Shown in pieces: positions 1 to 17,100 of a DNA stretch of 64,000 nt. Position numbers and translations under genes: made by a program. Within the stretch, counting starts at the first letter, position 1. Each line of letters starts with the position of its first letter. Where the stretch lies: the NCBI GenBank assembly GCA_023213395.1, contig CM041465.1, positions 181,295,741-181,359,740 on the forward strand. The letters are read 5' to 3'. This DNA comes from Cycas panzhihuaensis (lineage: Eukaryota; Plantae; Cycadophyta). The notes under the pieces were generated by a model, which worked only from the letters and a program-made list of their open reading frames with translations, was not told the DNA's origin and did not search any database.

Positions 1-1755
1 CTTTCCCATACATTCTGCTGATCACTTAGCTTTGCACGGTACACCTGCCTCTGCTCTTTGCATCGCCCTCTACCTCGCCCCTTTGCCCCACCTTATGCTC
101 TTCTTCCCACTCCTACTTCCGTAGAATCTGCCACTAGCCACTCCTCTGCTTCACTTTCTACCACATCCTCCATTTGCCCCTACATTATTCCACTTGCTCC
201 CCCTTCTCCCCTCTTCCATTCTCCATTATCAGGATTGCCTTGTCCTGCACTCAACCCACCCATGCAACCACCACACCCTCTCACCCACCAGCACCCCCCC
301 CAACCCCAAAAATAAAAAAGAATCCATTGGCAGCCAATCCTCTGCTTACCTTTCATTCTCCACCCCATCTTTGATTTGCCCCCACTTTCTTCCACCTGCT
401 ACTCCAATCTTCCCTACTCTGCCCTCCTCCCTTGCCCTAGCTTTGCCCTACCTTGAGCCCTCCACTATTTGCACCACCCTTCCTGCTTGTTAGCACAAGC
501 ATAAATACTTGAATCCTGTTTTATTCTCTTGCTCATACATTGCATTTGTCAGAAAAAACTAATTCCAGGCCCGGTTGCTCACTTCCCTTTCTTTTTATCA
601 TTCCTCCAATTTGTATTCATATTTTAACTGAATGCAAGCTTAGATGTGGTACAGTCAAATCCCCATTGGCATCAAAACAACTGAACTTCCCTATGCAGTG
701 CTAGATTAAGAGCTTCAAAACTCTTCTTCGATCTTGAAATTTTATGGAAAAATGATGTTGCAGTTGCAGAAACTCACTCCATATTCTTGGAATTGATGTA
801 TACATTCTTGCAGTTCTATGTCTTAACATTCTAGGGTTTTCACATACTGGTCATCATGTTTTCTCTCCATCCTCGGGATGCTTTGGGACCTAAATTTGCA
901 TAATTAGCAGACAACTGATTTTTCGCACCTGCCGTTTTCTCAGGCAACCTATTCTCTTAGGCTATTAATTACCACGACCCTTCTGTTTCCTTGGGTTGTG
1001 TATTTTATTCGGCATTCTTCTTTCTTAGGATTGCTAATTTCTTGGACTCCTTTCGGCAGCATCCTACTCTTTCAAACTACATTCTTCGTGGACCCGGTTT
1101 CTTGTTTCTCAGCAATTCGGTGCCTGCTTTCAGCAATGGTGCCATACTTAGTCTTATTTTGCAAAACAAACCAATATTGGGGCAAGTAGTTTTGGCAAAG
1201 TTCTACGAAAGGCCATTTCCCTCTAATTCGGCCACGTCTTTCAATTCAAAACGCTCGAAAATGCTACAAGCATCATGCCTTAAATTTACGGAGACCACCT
1301 GCGATTGAAGAGGGCTTTGGTAAAAATTAAAGAATTACACAATGATTCGGATCTTATGACAGCAGTATAAAAGATTAATTGCAGCTAAGCGGATTCTCGA
1401 CTCACATTCAGCATTTCTTTTCTTTGTCCGTTATTTAGTCTAAGAAAACTTGGGGCTAAACTATTAAAATTCACAGGTAATATTTGCAAAATGGTAGCAT
1501 AAGAAAGCGAATCAATCCCATTCTTCATCGCCATATTCATATCTTGCCATGATGATATGGTTGGGCAATCATCATGGCAATTCTTGGGAATACATGGCAA
1601 GAATTAATTAGAAATCGTGTGCAATTCGTATTGAGCATGACGAAATAAAGGCGAGATTATCCTGGATTTCAAGTGAGAGCATACCACGGCTCACACAAGA
1701 AAAGCTATCGTCGGCTGTAAACACTCTGGAACGACAAGGGTCGAAGGTTCGATAC

Positions 1756-1881
1756 CTGTGGGGAGCTTTTTAAGCCAAGCTGAGAAAAGAGGGTTTGAAG
1801 GTCTCGAATCCCCCCAAGATTTGCCACTGATACAGCCTGTTGGTACTCTTCCACCATTGCAATCGCTTCGCAATACACGGC
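1756..1881 (-). CDS. AUG4: AUGMIN subunit 4, coding exon 3 (gene continues beyond the left edge)
   Basis: Acceptor atttgctcAG| then AVYCEAIAMVEEYQQAVSVANLGGIRDLQTLFSQLGLKSSPQ, donor CAG|GTATCG; the expected next exon (VYETLEHRL..) was not found in 1-1755. Confidence 0.93.
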
Positions 1882-1972
1882 CTGAGCAAATCATAATATT
1901 AACTAATTATAACAAAATTTAATAAATTAGAAAAAAAAAAAAGTAAATAGATAATGATACGATGCAACGCAC

Positions 1973-2020
1973 CATTGCTTCCAAATAACGAAGTCTCTCT
2001 CTCGCCATCTCTTCCCGCGC
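1973..2020 (-). CDS. AUG4: AUGMIN subunit 4, coding exon 2
   Basis: Acceptor ttgattgacAG| then AREEMARERLRYLEAM, donor ATG|GTGCGT; in frame with exon 1 across a 78-nt intron. Confidence 0.93.
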
Positions 2021-2098
2021 CTGTCAATCAAAGTACACAATAATAACAACTATGATAATAATAATAATAAGGAGGAGGAGTTCGAGGAGGATGATTAC

Positions 2099-2239
2099 CA
2101 GGTGAAGATCATAGTAAGCTGATTTGGCAACAAGAGATCCATCTGGAGCAAGGCAATGGCGATCTAGCTGTTCAATGACTTGGACAACGTCTGGCGCAAG
2201 ACTGTGGCCCGGAGGAGGCATCAATATTGGCTTCACCAT
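2099..2239 (-). CDS. AUG4: AUGMIN subunit 4 (HAUS4), coding exon 1
   Basis: Translates MVKPILMPPPGHSLAPDVVQVIEQLDRHCLAPDGSLVAKSAYYDLHL, matching the plant AUG4 N-terminus as recalled (..QLERHCLAPDGSLV.KS.Y.DLQL); phase-0 donor CTG|GTAATC at 2098. Confidence 0.93.
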
Positions 2240-2760
2240 CTCCTGAATAATTGCCTCCCTGCTCCTGATTGCACTATTTGGTTCAGCGGCTCACATAACA
2301 AAGGCAATGCATGTGAATGTACTGCGTCTGAAGGCAACAGAGATTTGAACGTTGGGAGCCTGATGGCCCCCTACGAATGACAACATGGCCTTTTAGGTTG
2401 GTAGCACGGTCATATCACGGTGGGGCTTCCATATTATCCTAGCCCCCTCCGGCTAAGGTTTTGTCACCACTTCGAATGAAAAAGCAGGGTCTCCTTGTGC
2501 GCCTAACGAAGGCTAGTGAGCTATGTAATCTTTCACCAACCTTCTCGGTGGGTGTGGAGAGTGAAAGTGCCATAAAACTTGGAGTATGTCCGGTTCAAGT
2601 TTGTGAGGTCAAGAGTTTAAAGGAAGGGAGCATTCCTCGTTTGTATTGACAAACTTTGACTACACTTGAAGAGGATTGATTGGTTGTTATTAACTAGGAT
2701 TGATCTACATTTGTTTTGCCTTCATCGAATTACAGGTCCGTTTTTAACCCGTTTTCAATT
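2240..2760 (-). promoter_or_regulatory. Probable AUG4 5'UTR/proximal promoter
   Basis: CpG-retaining stretch directly upstream of the ATG; two AACGG cores (CCGTT on +) near 2738-2753 and a TTTGAA at ~2344. Confidence 0.4.
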
Positions 2761-4751
2761 TGATATTTTTGTTTAAAAGAAAGGCATTCTAATTTGCATA
2801 TTCATTTAACACATCATCCAATTTTTCATATTAAGGGTTGGGATTTTTTCACAAATTTTAGGAATCTAGTGATAGGGAATTTGTTAAAAACTTGGGGGAG
2901 CAATACTAATTGAGAAAAGCATTGGAAATAGCTTTAATAAATAGTGATATATTTATGCTTAAATATCCTTGAGGAGGAAGTCTATATTTAATCTTTTCTT
3001 CTTAAGGGTGCTTGCTTGACAAATATTTCAATACATTATAATTTATTTTAAGGAAAGTGGACATTATGATGATTATTTGTTATAGAGTTATACTAGTATT
3101 GACAAAAGTTTTAAAATCAACAACCCACAAAAATAGGAAAGTTCCACATAGCCTATCTCCTTCAAAGGGGGTTTTGGGATTATGGACTTTGTTAAAGTCT
3201 AATGAAAAACATAAGTATATGTAAGTGTATTTTTTAGTTTTCTTCTTCTTCCTTCCCCCCTCCCCACTATCAATAATAATGCATGTAGAAATCCACTCAC
3301 AAGTTGTTAAATTAGGTTTTTATATGTATATAAAGGGGTTGAAGGGATTGTTTTGAATATATACATCAATATTTTATATTTAGGTCTCACATACACATGC
3401 ATTGCGAAATTTACAAAGGATCTCCTATGGGCCATCATTTACTTGCCCACAACATATTTTTAAATACATTTTAATTAATCTCAAATAATTAGATATTCCA
3501 CATTATCTTAAACTCTTACTTCTAAATTTTAGTAGCCTAGGCCTAATTTAAACCCTTTAATGTGATTAAGCTCTAAGCATGAGCAAGCCTACTAGAAGGG
3601 TAGTTTATGTAGGTTGATCAAGCTTCTCCTTACCTAAATATAACTTTTTAGATCTAGAATCAATCTTATATATTTAATTCTTAAAATACATGTGGTATCA
3701 AATTAAGGATGTATATAATAAACTTAGTTTATATTTAGGAAGAACCAATTTATTTTTATTGCCTTAAGTAATAGACATTTTTATAATATTTAACATATAA
3801 GAGTAAATTTAGCTATGTTTATATTACAATTAAAGTGAAACTACAAGCATAGATAAAAAGGACAAAAATAGTCTTAATTATTTCCAAATGAGGAGATTAT
3901 ATATAAATGAATAACTTTACCTTAATGCAAATATAAATAGTATCATTAATGGTTTATGTTGTTATAACTCAATTTCATCCCTTCCCTACTCAAACTAAAA
4001 CTTTCTAACACTTTTGTAAATATAACATTCTTACCAACAAGAAAATAACATCATATATAGTAATAGCATATAATCATTAATAAAATAATTGTAATGTTCC
4101 AACAACGATCTATAATCATCCATAATTTTAGCAATTAGGTCATCTATATTAGAACATAAAGTAATAATCAAGTATTCATTCATAAGGTTGTAATCAATCA
4201 TCAATCCATAATAACTCATAAGATCCTTGCCAATCATCCATCCATAATGACTCACAAGATAGCATGTCAACACAAGCAACACAAAGGTTCTATAAGATAG
4301 TGCCTTTAAGTTTGTTTATCTAACTTAGGCCTTTATAATAAGGCATGTAATTGGGGATTCTTAAGAATAGAAAACTTACTACTATATAGAAGCATAGAAA
4401 TGATGTGATGTTCTTAATAATTTTCTTTGGTTATGCTCTTTAGACTAGTGCCAAGGCTCAAAAATTCAAGTGGAGCTGTCCTATCTTTTAGAGGTGATGC
4501 ACCATTATGGGTTGATGCCCCATATGATGTCCCATGTCCTGCTAGAGGAAGGTTTATAGGCTGATTATTATAATAGTTCTTAAGATAACAACCATTCTCT
4601 CCCACAACTCCATTGTCCAATCCAGCACTCCACTACTAGGAGTTAGGACCACCATATGCTTAACCCAAAGGTTTCTGAATAATGCACTGTGTAAATTTTG
4701 GTTTTGATTAGCATTGAATCAGTCAATAAAGGGTGGAAGTAAGGGTAGATA

Positions 4752-4775
4752 CCCCCCCCCCCCCCCCCCCCCCCC
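4752..4775. repeat. Poly-C/poly-G run (24 nt)
   Basis: Directly visible homopolymer. Confidence 0.95.
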
Positions 4776-5265
4776 ATCAACTTGTAATGGTGGATGCTAA
4801 CTAGGGCTCTATTGCTCCCTCAACAAACAACTAAGTATGAGGATGATTTAGGTCATTCATGTGAATTGTATATATATATTACCCTTGGGGTGTGTTTTCA
4901 ATTTTTAATGTATCACTTAAAGGGATAAAGGAGATGACAATCTCTCCCCTACTTCTTTTTTTATTATATGTAATTTTTTTTATTAAAATAAAACATTCTC
5001 CATAATTAAAAAAAAAAGAGCATGTTATAGTCACTATGGTAGATATAATCTCTTATATCAAAGAGGTACTTCAATATAACCCTACAATAACTAGAGACAT
5101 AATCAAGAAATTCCATAGAACTATGTACATTATAGGAACATATATTCCCTATATTGGACATAATCCCAATGCACCAATAAATTAAACTTACTCATACATA
5201 TAATCTAAGTCATTGTATACCCCTACATTATCATCAAGCTTAGTATGCTTGTGGATATAACCACT

Positions 5266-9891
<4,626 letters not shown>

Positions 9892-11949
9892 GGGGCATGT
9901 GTATTTCTTATTCTACCATAGGGTTGAATGCACCTATGGATATAACTACCCCTACATATATGCAGTTCTAGTCTTTATATATCCCTATACCACCATAGGG
10001 CTTAGTGTACTTATGGACATAACTACCTCTACACTAATTGCTCAATAAAAAACCATAATCTGACCACTTCCACACATGGATAAATTATTCACTTATCATA
10101 GCTTTTAAATTATACCTCTCGATTAGATTATAATCAACTACACTAACAATTATTTTTGCCCCTCACTCCCTATGATGCCAAGTTAATAGGTGTAGAGATC
10201 ACAAAAAGGTACCAAGTGTCATAGTTATAAGGACAAGTGGATCTCACTATAGTAGTATCAAGGAGGCTCTATTAGACTAAGTTTCTCCAACATAAAATGC
10301 TCCACAAAGGCTTATGATAAGAGAGAAAGAATCAACATCGAAGAAAAGGGGCTTCTTTATGGATTTATATGGAAGTTTATTAAGAGGATCACCTTATCTT
10401 TAGAATTGACTATTATTTGAAGAAAACCCACCTTAGGTACTTTTAATAAAGCTTGCATGCCAATAATATGATTTCATCACTTACTTTATGTGTATCCATT
10501 AAATTATGATTTATGATATAAGGAATACTCACTATAATTGATTTATGCACATCTATTAAGGGTTATAAGATAAGATAACTATAATTGGTATATACATATA
10601 CACTTAATTTGGGTTATAGAAGATGATAATGGGATAAGGTTCATTTACCACTATTGATTTTTATATACTTAGTAGATGTGTGTGTTCATTTATTTATTTA
10701 TAGGATGAGATTCAACTTGCCACTAATGCTTATTCATGTTAGTAAATAAGGATAAGGATGAATTCCTATTATGCATTTGTATGCATAACTATATAAGCTT
10801 ACAAATTAGAAAGCACTCCTTATTCATAAACTCTATACCCAACAAAATTTTACACATTTAAGAGCTTACGCACATCACTAAATATGATTGGGATGCATAA
10901 TATTCACAACCATTGATGTGAACTTCCTTACTAATGACTTGAATCATCCATTAAGATCCCTTATACACAACTAAGAATAGGGTTATTATAAAGTAACTTT
11001 CCTTATAGAAATCTGATCACAAGTTTTTATTAATTATCATAAATGCATAATCATCATTAGGGTATTTGGTAGGTAACCTTATCACAATGATCATATAAAC
11101 TTATACCATGCATCTTAAGATATGCTATGTTAAAATGTTCATGTGCCATCAACCATCGAACATCTTATGTCATGACATCACAAAATCATTGAACATGGTA
11201 ATCAATCCCATGATATGATATCATGCAAATTCAATCCCCAACCATAATAATTAATCATCCACATGACCATCATAATGACTGGTCAAATAACAATCTTATA
11301 TATACTTGTGATTACAAAGTAATAAGCATATAATCAATGAATTCTATGGTTATTGAGCAATGATATTAATTAACCAAGTCACATAGAATAAATGATATTA
11401 AAGCAATAATCAAAGTATTAGTCAATAAATATAATCATTAATGGACTTAGATCCTACCTCGTAACATATATTAATAAACTTATTTGAGAATTAGATGTTC
11501 ATTTAAGGGTGAGGCACATGATAGAAACATGAGCCAAAATTTAGATAGGTATATAATAACATGTGCATTTTGTGATTTATAACTTAAAGACGAGTGACCA
11601 ACTTGTATGGGCATATCAAATAAAAGTTAAAATCTATAGATGTACCTCTTGAAAGACTAGAAAATACCAACACTTGTGTAATAAAATTAATTGGCTCATA
11701 TATATTACATTTGTCAAATTTGTTGATGTTTTTGTGATTTTAGAGTAATAAAATCTATTTTGTAATTAGTGAAATATATTCAATGTTTTGTAGTTTATAT
11801 AGTTAATTAATCTATAAGGGAGATTTATAATAACATATGAATTTATTTGAAAGATATCATTTGATTAATGCTAGAAATAAAATGTGTTTTTAAAGGTAAT
11901 AACAAAAATTTTAGTAAATCAACTGATATTATGCTATAGTCATTAATCC

Positions 11950-12720
11950 TCAAGTCCAAAATTCAAACTTGTCTTCAAGTTGGAGGCATGTCCATCTTAT
12001 GTAATATGGCTTCCAAAATTGTTTATGAAGTTATTGATAATAGGCCTAAACTAATTCTTTATATAATATTCTCCTAAGGAATAACACCATTTACAAAGGA
12101 AGGAAAATTGGGGATAATACAACTATCATGTTAAAGGCAATAAACTCCCTCCAATATGATTTGGACCAAGGTCAAACACTTAAAGTTGAACTCCAAGTAA
12201 TATATAATAGAGTTAAATGGTCTTTTGTCATCTCTTCCCTACAAACTAACACTCTCCTCAAAATCATAGTCTAGTGGATTATGGGATGTTTGAAAACAAT
12301 GCATGTGATCATTTTGGTTAATTGTAAGTAGCCAAAGTTCATAGGGGCCTTGATAAATGCTTAGTAATATTGCATATTATCCTAACTCTCTTCTTATTAG
12401 TAATCAATATCTTCTCAAATTCTTTAATCTTTTGCAACATATGGCATGAATAAAGGGTATAAAAATTTTAAGGAACATAAGAGTGAATGTCTAGCAACCA
12501 TTTACAAATGACATAATCCTATCTAGGGAAGAAATTATAGAGAAAATGGATTGGCAAAAACTCCCACTTTATATGTTTAAAAAGGGTTTTCAAGAAATAC
12601 TCGATGCATAAAAGTCCCAACCATTAAGCAAAGAAATCTCTTTCAATATCAATCATTCCATTTCAAATGTCCTCCAAGTTAAATCCATTAAGGACAATTT
12701 ACCAAATGCCTTATAAGCAT
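11950..12720 (+). mobile_element. Highly decayed L1-type LINE reverse-transcriptase fragment
   Basis: CNMASKIVYEVIDNRPKLIL..IFS..F.KGRKI.DN resembles LINE RT RPISLCN..KI..K.IANRL..F.KGR.I.DN; QPFTNDIIL near 12500 resembles the FADD region. Confidence 0.5.
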
Positions 12721-13209
12721 TCTTATAGGGCTTTAATAAATAACAAAAGACACTAAAAAGATATAACCAAAGTATTAAAATAAATTTTAACTCATGGGAC
12801 CTTAGTTTATTTATATTCTACTTCATCTTTAGAATTAAGCATTTCTCTTTATGTTATAAATACTTATTTTCTTTCATACAAAGTATAAACTATGCTTATT
12901 GAAGATTATCATGCATTATGTATATAGTACTTTACTTATATTTTTACATTTTACTTATAGGTACTTGTGAGAAATTAACCTATAAGATGGTGATAGTACT
13001 CATGGTTATGTATTCTCACATTTGTGTAATTAATTATTTTAATAGAATATTAATAAACTTATTAATATAGTACAAATGTTTTCATGATGGTTTATAAAGA
13101 GGGAGAAAAAAATGCATGTTGAAAAATTCACTAGCTTTGATATTTTATTGAAAATATTTTACACATGTATGATACCATGTTAGAATTTGGATTTATAGGA
13201 TATATATTA

Positions 13210-13210
<1 letters not shown>

Positions 13211-13262
<52 letters not shown>
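13211..13262. repeat. (TG)26 microsatellite inside the 3' LTR of element A
   Basis: Directly visible. Confidence 0.95.
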
Positions 13263-13265
<3 letters not shown>

Positions 13266-14165
13266 TTAGAGGTATAATGATTCATATATAATTAATTAAT
13301 AATATATAATAATCAACTGGGTATTTAATAAATCAATCAACCATCATAGACATAGGATTTTTATAGTGGAAAACCTTGATGAGAAAAATCACCTCCAAAT
13401 GATATATAAGATCTCATTAATATGAATGATGTATAATAAAGACATGGAGCTCATGATGAGACCATATTAGATTCACTTGGAGAGCTACTTATCTGTATAA
13501 CTCAAAATTTATATACTTTTCCCTTTTATATATTTTATCACCTAATCATCAAAAAATAATATTACAATGAATATTGAGTAATAAGATCATGTGTAAGAAC
13601 CTTTAAGTCTACCAATCACTTTATAATCAGGTGAGTATTTGCAGACATATCAATGTAACTTATAACGACACAATGATTTGATTACATTCATTAAACATTA
13701 ACTCCAACACCTCTCCATAGTGTTTTATTTATGAAATATTACCTTTTTAATTTTTATATGCAAAGAACATAATAGATCACATGCTTATATCTTCGTGTCA
13801 TCTCTTGGTTCTTAAATCATTAACAAACATTAATCAATCATTTCTTGTCTTCACTACTTATCTTCTTATAAGTAAATATCACCATGTGTAAATCATCAAA
13901 CATAAACCATAACTCATCATCTTATATAAAGTCTCAATTTTCATATCTTCTACTTGTAAGCTACATAAAAAAATTCATTGACTCATCAAAATATAACTCC
14001 ACTAATGTCCATATAAAATCATAACCATTTATTGAAAGGTCTGGGTAACCAACCTCTACAATCATTAATTAACTAAGTAGCATTTCATATACATGGTTCA
14101 TTAGCTTCATTAACAAAATAACACACTTCTAGAATGAGCCCGACTACTTAGTTACATAATCATAA

Positions 14166-17100
14166 TGTGATAATTTAAATATTTTTAATCTTGTCTTGAT
14201 GGCATATAAAATTCCTACAAAGTCTTTGCTAGTTTTGCACAACATACATGGAAACTAAACTAAATAATAAACATATAATACTCATGTTTTTACGTGGGAA
14301 ACCCTTTCGAGAGAAAAACCCATACATAAAGTAATAGATAATGATTGATTAAATGCACCAATGATTATATTATTTCCTTCTCACTTCTATTCTACCCTGT
14401 CTGAGATCCATTATAAATGATCTAAAGGGTACAAATATGAAGAGTTATGACTCTTCAAAAAGGTTCAAGACTCTACCAAATGGTTACGCCCATCAAACTT
14501 TAATACTCATGCACATTCATATCTCGATCATCTATGTCCCTTTGAATCTTGATACTTGTGACTCTTCTTATTTTATTCCTAATTTCCACTCCTTATCGCC
14601 ACATGAAGTATTAACTCTGCCATGCATTAATCTTAACCATGGTCGCTAACATCCCCCTTTAATACAAATGTGGGTCAAGGACTTAATGTATGATTATAGA
14701 AACTTATTGTAACATAGATAACCTTTCGAGGTGAGGGAATTCTGTCCTTACAAATTTATTCCCCCTCAAGGAAAACCTCGTGTAGTCCTAATTTTACATA
14801 AATCTTTCTCAATTGATCTTCAGTAAGTAGCTTTGTGAAGTCATCTGCCAGTTGTTCTTCACTTGGATAATATTCCACAATCAACTTCCCTTTTTTGACC
14901 ATCTCTTGAATATAGTGGTGTTATATCTGAATATATTTGGTTCTGGCATGAAACTTAGGATTCTTCAATAATTGAATAGTACTTTGATTATCCTCAAAGA
15001 TGGTTATTATGTTGCTTTGAATGTCAAGAACTTCTATTATTCCTTTCAACCAAACTACTTCATGAGGACCCACTAAGAGTCCTTAGTACTCTACCTTAGT
15101 AGAAGATAATGTAACAATTTGTTATTTCTTTGATTACCATGATATTGGTTCTCCATCAATACTGAATACATATTCTGTAGTAGATTTTTTTGTCACCATA
15201 GTCATCACCCTAATTAGCATTAGTATATCCTTGTAATTGTAGATTACCATCTCTCAAATACTCCAAACTAAGATTCAGAGAACCTTTTAAATATCTTAGA
15301 ATCCTTTGACTGTAGCCCAATATAGCTCTTAAGGATTCAACATATATCAAGAGACCAATCCAACACCATAAGAAATGTCGAGCTTGGTATGAGCCAAATA
15401 AATTAGACTCCCTACAACACTTCTATATAGCATTCCATCAACTATAGGCTTTTGCATATCCTTTAAAAGTTATATGCCTTTGATAACCAATGTTCTTATA
15501 GATTTACAATCCTTCATCCTAAACTTCTCAAGTAATGATTCAACATACTTCCTCTATGACACCAATATCTTATCTTTCAACTGCCTTATTTTGATGTCCA
15601 AAAAGTAATGAATGAACCCCATGTTTGTCATATCCAAATTCTCCTATAGGTATGCTTTTATCACCATAATCTCCTTGTGATAACTCCCTATAATGATTAA
15701 ATCATCGACATACATAATAATCACCACAATAGAAAATGTAGTCTTCTTGATATATGATTTTTGCTTGAAATTTATCGTAATAAATCCTTTCTCCTTCAAA
15801 ATTGCATTAATCTTTGTAAACCATGTGTGAGGTTCTTACTTTAGACTATATAAAGATTTCTTCAAATGACACACAAATTTTTTAGCTCCTTCCTCAATGA
15901 AACTAAGAGGTTATACCATATAAATGTCCTCCTTCAATTAACTATTAAGGAATGCAAACTTTACATCCATCTGATGTATATCCCATCTAAATTTAGCTAC
16001 AATTGAAAGGACCAATTTGACTATAGTCATCTTTGAGATTGGTGCAAAACTCTTATCATAATCTATCCTTTCTTTCTGTTTAAAACCTTGAACGATAAGC
16101 CTGACCTTAAGCTTTTAATTTTTCCATTCGCTTTGAACTTTTTTTGTAGACCCACTTATATCCAACGAAGCTTTTCCCTAGAGGTAAAGGAACTAAATCC
16201 CAAGTGTTATTCTTCAAAATAGAATGATCTTCCTCCTCCATTATAGCTTGCCATTGAGGATTCTTCTTTGTTTCATCAGAAGAATTTAGTTTATGAGAGA
16301 ATATGATATTCACCATAAGAGCATGATTGACATACTAACTTCTAATTCTTTGAGTATCTAATGGGTCTACAGTCATACTAGACACTTTAATCATCTTCTT
16401 TGCCCATAAGGGTCTTAAGGGTCCTAGCGTCACTATTACCTCCTCATGTGATTATTGCTCTATGATATCTTTATTGATTTGACTACCTTCACTTGGATCC
16501 TCATCATTTGATTAAGAATAATTTGGCAATAATAGCAGATCTAAAACTTTCTTAGGTTTGGAACTTATAGTATGATATGTCATCGACTTATTAAATTGAA
16601 CATCCTAATAAACCTTAAGTTTCTTCAATTCTAGATCCCACATTGATAGGCCTTATTTGATTTAAATATCTCACAAAGACATACATTTGACTCTTATCAT
16701 CCATCTTCTTATATTTATTGTTAGGGATGTGTTCATATGCAATGCACCCAAAGACTTTAAAATAATCAACGAAAGGCTTCTGACTAGTCCATTTTTTTAT
16801 GGTGTCATACTATTGATTGCTTTAATTCAACATATGAATAGTAGTCCTAACAACTTTTGCCTAAAAATTACGTGGTAAATTTTGTGCATGCACCATACAA
16901 TAAGCCATATCTATCACAATATGATTCTTTTACTCTGCGATACCATTTTGTTGTGGGGTATACATGACTGTCAGTTCCCATTTGATACTATGATTAAAGT
17001 AGAACTTGTTAAAGGCATGATTGTCATATTCCTTTCTATCACCACTTCTCAAAATTTTTATTCTTTTATCACTTTGATTTTTTATTTCAACTTTTCATTC

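Noticed and set aside
58-493. Pro/Ser-rich ORFs
   Set aside because: Pyrimidine-rich low-complexity sequence inside AUG4 intron 3; no family motifs
2024-2098. Hydrophobic tail of the 71-aa ORF (VIILLELLLLIIIII..) resembling a TM helix
   Set aside because: It is intron 1 of AUG4 (GT at 2098, AG at 2021) containing short triplet repeats
13170-13720. LTR flanked by both PBS and PPT, read as a tandem element sharing an LTR
   Set aside because: The PBS match stops after 8 nt at a perfect TSD and no gag leader follows; better explained as a primer-derived extension
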